DNA of 62,583 nucleotides from an uncultured Thermoplasmatales archaeon (GTDB lineage Archaea; Thermoplasmatota; E2; UBA202; JdFR-43), in assembly GCA_965563795.1 (NCBI GenBank), contig CBEXJS010000001.1, positions 1-62,583 of the forward strand, written 5' to 3'. Shown here piece by piece: positions 37,892-45,987 of this stretch. Both the position numbers and the translations under genes were made by a program. The notes beneath the pieces are model-generated. The model was not told the DNA's origin. It saw nothing but the letters and a program-made list of their open reading frames with translations, and did no database searches. Within the stretch, counting starts at the first letter, position 1, and each line of letters begins with the position of its first letter.

Positions 37892-38932
37892 ATGATTATG
37901 AAATGGTTGTCTATTGCCATTTCATTTTTCATGCTAAATACTCCAATCTGGTTTGTTGGAGAGAATTGGAATTACGATGTAGAAATAGGCATGGAAAAAA
38001 ATAACTCTAAAGGATTTTTTGAAATAAGAGATTTATTAATGGAGGTTATAGGGGAAAATGAGCAAACTTATCAAGTAAATATTAGTGGAAATGTAAATGG
38101 GCAGTTCATAATACATCGTTTTATAGATATTTTAGTCAGAGTCAGTGGGTCTCTGAAAGCTACTTTTTTCTTCAATAAAACAGATTTTTCTATAGTAAAT
38201 GGCTCAGTTATCACACAAGGTTCTATGACGATTATGGAAAGAAAAAAGAGTTATTACTTTGTGTTAAATATTTCCTTCAATCCACCATATAAAACGATAG
38301 ATTTTCCTTTAGAAATAAGAAAGAAATGGGTTTCAAAAACAAATATTTCTATGGAAGGAGAAATTTATGTAGAAGGCCTTGTTTCTCCTCCTGAAAAAAT
38401 AAATTATTCTAATTCTGCAACAACTGAATTTGAATGTGTCGGCTTAGAAAAAATAGAAATAAAAGCTGGAGAGTATGAAGCATATCATATTATAAGCAAA
38501 AATGCAGAGTTATGGTATGTTGAAGAAGTAAAAAACATGGCAAAACTAATCCTGCAAAATATTAAAATCAAGGAAACAAAATTTAATATCGAGATGGAGC
38601 TAACTAACTATCATTTAAAGAAAATAAATCCACCAAAAATAAAAATAATAAGACCAAAAAGAAACTACCTATATATTTTTGATAGAGAAATAATGGAAAT
38701 AAAAAATACAATTGTAATTGGCGATATCACTGTTAAGGCAGAAGGAAACGAAAATGTAACTAAAGTTGAATTTTATTTTAACAATAAATCATGCTTTGTT
38801 GACTATGAAATGCCTTATGAATGGAAATGCATGGAACCTGGCTTTGGATGGAGAGAAATAAAATGCATAGCATATGATATATATGGAAATGAAGCAGAAG
38901 ATACCTTAAAGGTAATTTATATAAATGAGTAA
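37892..38932 (+). CDS. Secreted/anchored protein of unknown function with a C-terminal Ig-like (Big_7-like) domain
   Basis: Has an N-terminal hydrophobic segment (MIMKWLSIAISFFMLNTPIW). The C-terminus reads VTKVEFYFNNKSCFVDYEMPYEW...REIKCIAYDIYGNEAEDTLKV. Confidence 0.4.
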   Translation: MIMKWLSIAISFFMLNTPIWFVGENWNYDVEIGMEKNNSKGFFEIRDLLMEVIGENEQTYQVNISGNVNGQFIIHRFIDILVRVSGSLKATFFFNKTDFSIVNGSVITQGSMTIMERKKSYYFVLNISFNPPYKTIDFPLEIRKKWVSKTNISMEGEIYVEGLVSPPEKINYSNSATTEFECVGLEKIEIKAGEYEAYHIISKNAELWYVEEVKNMAKLILQNIKIKETKFNIEMELTNYHLKKINPPKIKIIRPKRNYLYIFDREIMEIKNTIVIGDITVKAEGNENVTKVEFYFNNKSCFVDYEMPYEWKCMEPGFGWREIKCIAYDIYGNEAEDTLKVIYINE

Positions 38933-39368
38933 GACCAATGGATTAGGCAGAGGGTATTGAGGAAGCTAATTAAATAATATGTTGCAGTTTTAGAAATCTT
39001 ACAACATAAGCTAATAAAACTTTAAACAGCTCCTTTAAGGATTTCTGCGCTTCATGAATTTCTTGAACTATCATGGAGGATACACCCTGCTAAAGCATAG
39101 ATTGCGAATAAAATAACCCCAAAAATAAACCCATACATCTCTTTCATCTCTTTAAGGAATTTTTCGATTCTAACAGGATCTTATCTTTTTTCATTTTTTA
39201 ATCTGTATGAATATGAAAGATTCTATCCCCAATACCTCTCTCTATATAAATATAATAGAGACATAATAGCTATTGTCAAAGAATAAGCCCACTGTTTCTC
39301 CTATATCTACCACAGTTTCTAAAATTTAAAATAAAGACTCAAAACTCCTCCTGGCCCATAACAATAAA

Positions 39369-39443
39369 TGGGCCCGCGGAGATTTGAACTCCGGACCTCT
39401 CGGTTATCAGCCGAGCGCTCCAACCTGGCTAAGCTACGGGCCC
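39369..39443 (-). tRNA. tRNA-Ile (anticodon GAU)
   Basis: I folded the cloverleaf by hand. The acceptor is GGGCCCG/CGGGCCC, the anticodon stem CUCGG/CCGAG with loop CUGAUAA, and the T arm CGGAG-UUCAAAU-CUCCG. The discriminator is A and no CCA is encoded. A TATA-like tttaatata lies about 25-30 nt upstream. Confidence 0.9.
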
Positions 39444-39529
39444 TCAAAATTGTATGAATTGGAAATATATTAAATTTTCAGGTCTAATGAAATTCGCTGA
39501 TTAAATGGAAGAATTAGTTGTCACTGGCA

Positions 39530-40894
39530 TTATTGCACGAAAAAATTGCATGGCATTGAATACCAATCATTTTCATTCGTATCCCTTATTTTTTGGATAT
39601 CAACATCTATAAAGAATGGCTTTAAATAGAATTCTATGGTTAAAACGGTGTTTAGTAAGTAAGATATAAAAATGATTTGCAATCCATTTTGTAACGGATT
39701 CAATTTAAATAGCAAATATTCAAAAATGCTTATTTGCCTCTCTATTTCAATTTCACAATGTCCTTCTAAATCTATTTTTTTATCATTAATAAAATAACCT
39801 TCTATTTCTCCTGGACATTCATATAAAATGAGTTTATCCCAATAAAAGGAATCCAAATAATCTTTGTATAAATGGGGATTTTTATTCATTTTCATTATCA
39901 AAACAAGTTTTCCATTTCCTTCTGCAACCAATTTTATTTTTGTTGGAATGTATGTTCCCTCACAAAAAACACCATCCAAATATTCATAGTGTATTTTTCC
40001 AAGCTCTACAATTTCTTTTCCATCATATAAATAAACAATTCCAAATTTTATTTCTTCTAACCAAAAAGGAATTGCTCCATAGAAAAGAGACCATCCATTG
40101 TCAAAAGATGCCCAGCACCAATCATATCCAAATGGATTATTGGATGCTAAAGTTATGGAATTTATACTTATATTTTTGTTTTTAATCCACCAATCGAATA
40201 GGCAGAGATAATGCGAGATTGTTTTTCCTTTTAATGGCTTGTTATAGCTCCAATTTCCCCATACATGTTCAAAATATCCTGTTCCTTCTACTTTTTCAAA
40301 AGTTCTATTAATTTTTATCCATCCTTTTACTCTGCATTTTGGAATGAATGAATATTTGTAATATCCAAATCCCATTGGCAAAATGCCCCCTTCATCTTCT
40401 AAAACAAATTTTGGTTTTGATTCCGCTTTTAGCTCCAACTCAACAATAACACCTTTATTCTCTAAGTGAACCAAATATTTTGGATACCTTCCTTTCATCC
40501 ATGAACTTTTGTATGAAATATTTACCTCATATTTACTGTTGCATTTAATAGTAGAGACATCATCTTCATATGAGCCCAAATCATATGTTTTATTTTCATC
40601 CCAATCAAAAAGAGTAAAGAATAAATTTGCAGCAGGCGTCTCTTTTTCATACTCAAAAGATGCTGTAATACTGTAATTTTTTTCTCCTCTTACAAAAGCA
40701 TCAACATTCCACCACTCTCTAATGCAATCATGCCATCCATCATTTCTCATATTCCATCCTTTTTCTTTATCTATAGCATAACTATATGGCATCATCAGAA
40801 TTATTGAAATAATTAGGCAAAATCTTTTCACAACCTTATAAAGTATTGAATTAAAAAATGTGTTGGTAAAATATGCTTTGTCTTTATTGTTCAA
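39530..40894 (-). CDS. Hypothetical secreted protein (possible AttH/CrtC-like lipocalin fold)
   Basis: The 454-aa ORF has an N-terminal signal-anchor and the Trp-rich segment EWWNVDAF. The assignment is weak. Confidence 0.3.
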   Translation of the reverse strand: MNNKDKAYFTNTFFNSILYKVVKRFCLIISIILMMPYSYAIDKEKGWNMRNDGWHDCIREWWNVDAFVRGEKNYSITASFEYEKETPAANLFFTLFDWDENKTYDLGSYEDDVSTIKCNSKYEVNISYKSSWMKGRYPKYLVHLENKGVIVELELKAESKPKFVLEDEGGILPMGFGYYKYSFIPKCRVKGWIKINRTFEKVEGTGYFEHVWGNWSYNKPLKGKTISHYLCLFDWWIKNKNISINSITLASNNPFGYDWCWASFDNGWSLFYGAIPFWLEEIKFGIVYLYDGKEIVELGKIHYEYLDGVFCEGTYIPTKIKLVAEGNGKLVLIMKMNKNPHLYKDYLDSFYWDKLILYECPGEIEGYFINDKKIDLEGHCEIEIERQISIFEYLLFKLNPLQNGLQIIFISYLLNTVLTIEFYLKPFFIDVDIQKIRDTNENDWYSMPCNFFVQ

Positions 40895-40971
40895 ATTATT
40901 GCAGGATTTATAACAACATTCTAAAAACCTAAGGCAAAAAAAGTTAAAAATTATGTTGCCTTTAGAATTAA

Positions 40972-41042
40972 GGGCGGGTCACCTAGAGGTCGGGTGGCGG
41001 ACTGCAGATCCGCATACGCGGGTTCAAATCCCGCCCCGCCCT
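40972..41042 (+). tRNA. tRNA-Cys (anticodon GCA)
   Basis: The acceptor is GGGCGGG/CCCGCCC, the anticodon stem GCGGA/UCCGC with loop CUGCAGA, and the T arm GCGGG-UUCAAAU-CCCGC. The discriminator is U and no CCA is encoded. Confidence 0.9.
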
Positions 41043-41049
41043 CTTTAAA

Positions 41050-41517
41050 ATGATTTATGTATTAGATACATCAGCTATCTTATCTGGAAAGTTTTTTGGT
41101 GGTAAAATAGTTACATCTCCAAAGATTTTGAAAGAAATAAAACCAAAAGGACATTCATGGAGATTGTTTGAATATATGAAGAGCATAGGGCTTGAATTAA
41201 TTTCTCCTCCTCTGGTGGATGTTAAAAAGGTAGTGGAAGCTTCAAAAAAGACAGGTGACTACCATAATTTATCGGATGTTGATATTGATATATTGGCGTT
41301 AGCATATCATCTGAAAGGTATTTTATTAACTGATGATTATTCAATGCAAAATGTTGCTAAGGAACTGGGAATAAAATATATGGGCATAGTTGAAGAAGGG
41401 ATAAAAGAAAAGTGGAAATGGATTTATAGATGTAAATCTTGTGGAAAATATTATAAAGAATATCATAAAGAATGTCCTGTCTGTGGAGGAGATTTAAAAA
41501 GAGTGAGAAAAAGATAG
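41050..41517 (+). CDS. nob1: PIN-domain endonuclease with C-terminal zinc ribbon (archaeal Nob1-like, 16S rRNA 3'-end maturation)
   Basis: Has the PIN acidic residues (VLDTSAIL ... DVDIDILALA ... TDDYSMQN) followed by CKSCGKYY...CPVCGG. Confidence 0.65.
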   Translation: MIYVLDTSAILSGKFFGGKIVTSPKILKEIKPKGHSWRLFEYMKSIGLELISPPLVDVKKVVEASKKTGDYHNLSDVDIDILALAYHLKGILLTDDYSMQNVAKELGIKYMGIVEEGIKEKWKWIYRCKSCGKYYKEYHKECPVCGGDLKRVRKR

Positions 41518-41521
41518 ACAC

Positions 41522-41569
41522 ACCCCTTTATTTCCACTGGAAAATTTATATGCTATGATGAGTTTAAAA
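41522..41569 (+). promoter_or_regulatory. 48-bp promoter-like element, copy 1: palindrome TTTCCACTGGAAA (41531-41543) plus TATA tttatat (41545-41551), ending 2 nt before the hflX GTG
   Basis: It is the perfect reverse complement of 45933-45980, compared base by base. Confidence 0.7.
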
Positions 41570-41571
41570 TT

Positions 41572-42816
41572 GTGAAAGGGATAATATTATCAGCAAAAGA
41601 AGATACAAAAGAAATCAAGCAATTGGCAGAATCCTTAGGATATAAAATTGTAAGAGAGTTTGTGCAGAAAAGGGATAAAACCACACCTTACTATCTTGGA
41701 AAAGGAAAGATAGAAGAGGTTAAAAATTTTATTGAAGAAAATGTTGTAGATGTCATCATAGTAAATGATTCTCTTCGCCCCTCTCAATGGTACAACTTAG
41801 AAAAATTGCTTAGCACCCCTGTTTATGATAGAATCAGAATTATACTAGAGATTTTTGCAGATAGGGCTAAGAAAAAGGAGGCGAAACTTCAAGTTAAATT
41901 GGCAAAACTAAGATATGAGAAACCTTTTGTAAGGGAGTTATTTCACAAAGTTAAGAAAGGTGAAAAGGCAGGTTTCCTTGGAGGAGGAGAATATGTGGTT
42001 GCAGATTATTATGAAATGATAAAGAGGCAGATGAGAAAAATAAAAGAAGAATTAAAGAAAATTGCTAAAGAAAGAGATATTAAAAGAGCAGAAAGGAAAG
42101 AAAGAGGATTTTATATTGTTTCAATTGCAGGATATACAAATGCTGGAAAAAGTTGCTTATTAAATTATTTAACAGGAGAGAAGGTAGTGGTAGAAGAAAG
42201 GGTCTTCTCAACTCTCTCCCCAAAAGTAAGCAGATATAAGAAGAAAGGAGTCGTTCCTCTTTTATTCACAGATACGGTTGGATTTATAAAGGACTTGCCT
42301 CACTGGCTCATAGATGCTTTTCATTCTACTCTGGAAGAGATTGCATTAGCAGATTTAGTTATTGTATTAATTGATGCAAGTGATAGTATAGAAGAAATGA
42401 AAGAGAAAGCACTAACATCTATTAAAGAAATAAAGAGTTTAAAAGAAAATTCTCGTATTATTGTTGCATTAAATAAAATAGATTTGGTGGCAGAGGAAGA
42501 ATTAAAGAAGAAATTAAAAATAATGGAGGATTTTTTGGAAAGAAAATGCATTCCAATATCAGCAAAAACAGGCAAAAATATTGATTTGTTGCTGGAGGAG
42601 ATTTATAATAATCTGCCAAAGCCTGCAAGCTTAGAAATTACTTTGCCAAATTATGAAGATTCTTTTATTTCATGGCTTCATGAAAATGCTGAAATTTCTC
42701 ATTACCATTTCAATGGAGTAGTAAAAATAAGATTAAAGTGTAGTGAGAGAGTAAGAGATAGAATAATTGGAAAATGTAGGAAATTAGGAGGAGAGGTGAA
42801 AATATATGGAGATTGA
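41572..42816 (+). CDS. hflX: GTPase HflX
   Basis: Has G1 GYTNAGKS, G3 DTVGF and G4 NKID, with an N-terminal HflX domain. It starts at GTG; nearby ATGs are out of frame. Confidence 0.85.
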   Translation: MKGIILSAKEDTKEIKQLAESLGYKIVREFVQKRDKTTPYYLGKGKIEEVKNFIEENVVDVIIVNDSLRPSQWYNLEKLLSTPVYDRIRIILEIFADRAKKKEAKLQVKLAKLRYEKPFVRELFHKVKKGEKAGFLGGGEYVVADYYEMIKRQMRKIKEELKKIAKERDIKRAERKERGFYIVSIAGYTNAGKSCLLNYLTGEKVVVEERVFSTLSPKVSRYKKKGVVPLLFTDTVGFIKDLPHWLIDAFHSTLEEIALADLVIVLIDASDSIEEMKEKALTSIKEIKSLKENSRIIVALNKIDLVAEEELKKKLKIMEDFLERKCIPISAKTGKNIDLLLEEIYNNLPKPASLEITLPNYEDSFISWLHENAEISHYHFNGVVKIRLKCSERVRDRIIGKCRKLGGEVKIYGD

Positions 42817-43024
42817 AGAAAGAATTAAAAAAGATTTACAGAAATTTGAGGAAAACATTAAAGAAGTAAAAGATAAAAAAATAATAGATATGGCAAAAAG
42901 ATATTATGAAGATGCAAAATATTATTTTGCTAAGAAAGATTATTTCACCGCATTTGGCTGCATTAATTATGCTCATGGACTAATAGATGCTGTTAGAATG
43001 AAAATAGATAAGGAAAACTTTTAA
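42806..43024 (+). CDS. DUF357-family small protein
   Basis: The 72-aa ORF carries YYEDAKYYFAKKDYFTAFGCINYAHGLIDA and overlaps the hflX end. Confidence 0.4.
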   Translation: MEIEERIKKDLQKFEENIKEVKDKKIIDMAKRYYEDAKYYFAKKDYFTAFGCINYAHGLIDAVRMKIDKENF

Positions 43025-43043
43025 GCACTATTTGTTTTTGCAA

Positions 43044-43688
43044 ATGATGCATAAAATTGATTTACAAGTTGGCAAGGACATTTATAAAATAAACAAGGAG
43101 ATTGCAAATAAGATTAGAGAGTTATTAGATGAAAAAGGAGTGAAAGCTATAGATTTTATGGGTTCTATTGGCTCGGGAAAGACTCTAATAATTGAAAGAT
43201 TGATAGAATTGCTTAAAAATGAAAAAAAGATTGGTGTGATAGTTGGTGACGTAACCGGTGATGATGACTATAAAAGAATAAAGAAATATGGAGTTCAAGT
43301 AGTTAATATAAATACAGGAAAGGAGTGTCATTTAGATGCTCATTTAATTGAACATGCAATAGAGAATTTGAAACTGGATGAGATAGACTTATTATTTATA
43401 GAAAATATTGGTAATTTAGTTTGCCCAGCAGATTTTGAGTTAGGAAGTCATAAAAGAGGGGTTGTTATTTCAATAACTGAGGGAGATGATATGGTAAGAA
43501 AGCATCCTTTAATTTTTCAAATATCAGATTTTATTGTAATAAATAAAATAGATTTAGCGCCTTATATGGATGTAAACATAGATACAATTTTGAAAGATAT
43601 TGAACGAATCGCACCGAAGAAGGTATTCTTAACAGATGCAAAAAGTGGGAAAGGAATTAGAGAATTAGCAGAATGGCTTATAAATTAA
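43044..43688 (+). CDS. hypB: Hydrogenase nickel-incorporation GTPase HypB
   Basis: Has the P-loop GSIGSGKT, ENIGNLVCPA and NKIDL. The track ORF starts at TTG 43032; the first ATG is at 43044. Confidence 0.85.
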   Translation: MMHKIDLQVGKDIYKINKEIANKIRELLDEKGVKAIDFMGSIGSGKTLIIERLIELLKNEKKIGVIVGDVTGDDDYKRIKKYGVQVVNINTGKECHLDAHLIEHAIENLKLDEIDLLFIENIGNLVCPADFELGSHKRGVVISITEGDDMVRKHPLIFQISDFIVINKIDLAPYMDVNIDTILKDIERIAPKKVFLTDAKSGKGIRELAEWLIN

Positions 43689-44329
43689 TTTTAGTGGGAG
43701 TAGGACATGTTTTCAGGTTGGAAGACAAAATAAGAGAAATTATAGAAGAAGAGAAGCCAAATGCTATTGCTTTAGAGTTAGATGAAGAAAGAGCCATGGC
43801 TTTGGAAAAGAGAAAAGGATTTGCCAAAGGGAATTTTGTATATTCTTTACTTTCAAAAGTACAACAAATAGTGGCTTCAAAATATGGTGTGGTGGCTGGA
43901 AATGAGATGCTTTCTGCTCTAAAAATAGCTAAGGAAAACAACATCCCTATCTTATACATTGATATGAATGCTTATTTTGTAGTGCAGGAATTATGGAGAA
44001 AAATATCTATAAGGAGAAAGCTGAGTATATTTATTTCTGCAATATTAACAATGTTTATGAGTAAAGAGAGGATTGAAAAAGAGGTAAAAAAATTTGAGGA
44101 GGAACCAGAGAAATTTGAGGAGAGGATGAGAAAGATATTCCCAGAATTTGTAGAGATATTGATTGATAAAAGAAATAAGTATATGGTAAATAATCTCCTT
44201 TCATATCTTCCTATTTATAAAAAAATATTAGCTATTGTAGGAGAAGGACACATTAAAGGAATGGAAAAACTATTGGAAGATGAAGATATTGAACTTAAAA
44301 TAATACATTTAAGCCAATTAATTGAATGA
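43673..44329 (+). CDS. TraB/PrgY-family protein
   Basis: LILVGVGHVF (cf. GTAHVS) and the C-terminal VGEGHIKGM are TraB family hallmarks. It overlaps the hypB end. Confidence 0.55.
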   Translation: MAYKLILVGVGHVFRLEDKIREIIEEEKPNAIALELDEERAMALEKRKGFAKGNFVYSLLSKVQQIVASKYGVVAGNEMLSALKIAKENNIPILYIDMNAYFVVQELWRKISIRRKLSIFISAILTMFMSKERIEKEVKKFEEEPEKFEERMRKIFPEFVEILIDKRNKYMVNNLLSYLPIYKKILAIVGEGHIKGMEKLLEDEDIELKIIHLSQLIE

Positions 44330-45928
44330 TATAAATTCGGATATATCTTTTCCTATTAGATTTATTAATTCTTCAACATTATTTATTGGTCTATTTCTAA
44401 TAATTTTAACTGCTAATTTTTCTCCTATCCCTGGTATATTTTTTATTGCTGAAAATGGTGCATTATTTATTTTGAGAGGATATTCAATAGCAGTTACACT
44501 TCTATAAGAATGATCAATAATTTTTACATTTACAAACTTATTTATGTCTAATTTATATGGAATACAAACTAAGATTGGATAGCTTCCTATTTGTCTGCCA
44601 AAAGTGTTATTTCCAATATTTATTTCTAAATAAACATCTTTTAAAATAGTTCCTTTAGGTAGAATTTTTCTTAGCATTGGTTTATTTATTCCTTCATTTA
44701 CTTTTCTTTTAAATTTCTTAAATTTTTCTTTATCAATCTTTATTTTCTCTCCTTTTAAATAGACGACTTGTCTTATATTTATTCTCCTTAGCAAAAACCC
44801 TCTGTCTAAAACATCTTTTAAAAATTTAAAATTCTTTGAATATGTTTCAGCTCTCTCACCTTTTAAGCCGATGAGTATATTTATTCCTGGCAAAAAGCGA
44901 GGCATGCCATTTTTTCCTCTTTCCCCGCCAATCTCATTTATAATTTCTATTGCTTTCATTACCTGTTCTGGCGTGGCATTTAGATTATTCTCTTTAATTA
45001 CTTTTTCATCTGCACTTTCCATGCCAAATGCTGCTGTGTTTCCCGGGGAGCAATATTTAACTATTAACTCTGCTATTTTAATACTCTCTTCTTCCCACTC
45101 TGCAACTACAGCCGGATTTACATTGTCTATATGAAGTACATTTGGTTTTAGTTTATATATGCCTTCCAATAATCTTTTTATTACATTTACATTTGGTTTG
45201 GGCAATTCATCTTTACCTAATCTATGAGCTTTATAAGAGAAAAAACAGGATTGACAACCTAAACGAAAATTCACAACTCCATGTTTTCTAAGTTCCTTTA
45301 CTTCTTTGATAATGTCTTTTTCCTCCCTTACTTGAGGCATTCCAAAAGAAGGTTCCATGCAAAAATTGCACCCTCCTGTGAACCATCTTGTGCACCCTCT
45401 ATATGTTTCTATTTCAGCAATTAAAGGAATAGGATAGTCTGGATGCTGTTTAACAACTTCTACACCTAATACACTCCATCTTTTCCATTCTTCTTTTTTT
45501 CTAATTCTATGATTTATTTCACCATTTAAAAAATCATAAATAAAAGCATCAGCATCTCCTAAAGCAACATAATCAACAAATTTATCTCCTTTAACTAATT
45601 TCTTCCCTCCTCCTCTGCCAAACCCAAATTTTGCAGAGGCGCCAACCAATATTTTTATTCCCTTAAAATTTTTACAAATTCTAACAAATTCTTTATATGA
45701 GATTGGCATTCCGCGCAAATATCTTCCAGGTACTATTGCACCAGCTAAAATAACGAGTATATCTCCTTTTATCCTTCTTCCTTTCCTCCAATCTTCAATA
45801 GTAAAATATTCATATTCTTCTCCGGCATCTTTTATTGCACCTGCAATATATCTGGCATATGGAGAAATAAAGGGAGGAACTCCCAAACAAGCTGGTTCAT
45901 CGACAAAGCCATCTAATATTGTTATCAT
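44318..45928 (-). CDS. Radical SAM protein (COG1031/MJ_1487-like) with C-terminal helix-hairpin-helix
   Basis: The 536-aa ORF has a cluster region (YRGCTRWFTGGCNFC) and the C-terminal HhH IPGIGEKLAVKIIRNRP. Confidence 0.5.
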   Translation of the reverse strand: MITILDGFVDEPACLGVPPFISPYARYIAGAIKDAGEEYEYFTIEDWRKGRRIKGDILVILAGAIVPGRYLRGMPISYKEFVRICKNFKGIKILVGASAKFGFGRGGGKKLVKGDKFVDYVALGDADAFIYDFLNGEINHRIRKKEEWKRWSVLGVEVVKQHPDYPIPLIAEIETYRGCTRWFTGGCNFCMEPSFGMPQVREEKDIIKEVKELRKHGVVNFRLGCQSCFFSYKAHRLGKDELPKPNVNVIKRLLEGIYKLKPNVLHIDNVNPAVVAEWEEESIKIAELIVKYCSPGNTAAFGMESADEKVIKENNLNATPEQVMKAIEIINEIGGERGKNGMPRFLPGINILIGLKGERAETYSKNFKFLKDVLDRGFLLRRINIRQVVYLKGEKIKIDKEKFKKFKRKVNEGINKPMLRKILPKGTILKDVYLEINIGNNTFGRQIGSYPILVCIPYKLDINKFVNVKIIDHSYRSVTAIEYPLKINNAPFSAIKNIPGIGEKLAVKIIRNRPINNVEELINLIGKDISEFISFN

Positions 45929-45932
45929 TTTG

Positions 45933-45980
45933 TTTTAAACTCATCATAGCATATAAATTTTCCAGTGGAAATAAAGGGGT
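45933..45980 (-). promoter_or_regulatory. 48-bp promoter-like element, copy 2 (inverted), ending 4 nt before the radical SAM ATG
   Basis: It is the perfect reverse complement of 41522-41569. It lies between the DP1 stop (45988) and the radical SAM start (45928). Confidence 0.7.
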
Positions 45981-45987
45981 CTCTCCT

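Noticed and set aside
39052-39147. 31-codon hydrophobic ORF near tRNA-Ile as a real gene
   Set aside because: It is too short, has no recognisable start context, and is flanked by out-of-frame fragments. I mention it only as a possible remnant.
41050-41517. PIN-domain protein as a VapC toxin of a toxin-antitoxin module
   Set aside because: There is no adjacent small antitoxin gene. The C-terminal CxxC...CxxC zinc ribbon and the size fit archaeal Nob1 (rRNA maturation) rather than VapC.
41554-41560. A C-box-like AUGAUGA inside the 48-bp element (also GUGAUGA at 48506-48512 and AUGAUGA at 25544-25550) as C/D box sRNAs
   Set aside because: No D box (CUGA) or C'/D' pair lies at an appropriate distance downstream in any of these cases.
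41522-45980. Is the 48-bp inverted-repeat-bounded block a composite transposon or genomic island?
   Set aside because: There is no transposase, integrase or recombinase inside or nearby. I saw no flanking direct repeats, and the enclosed genes are housekeeping (hflX, hypB). The repeats are better explained as duplicated promoters. Inversion remains possible but is unproven.
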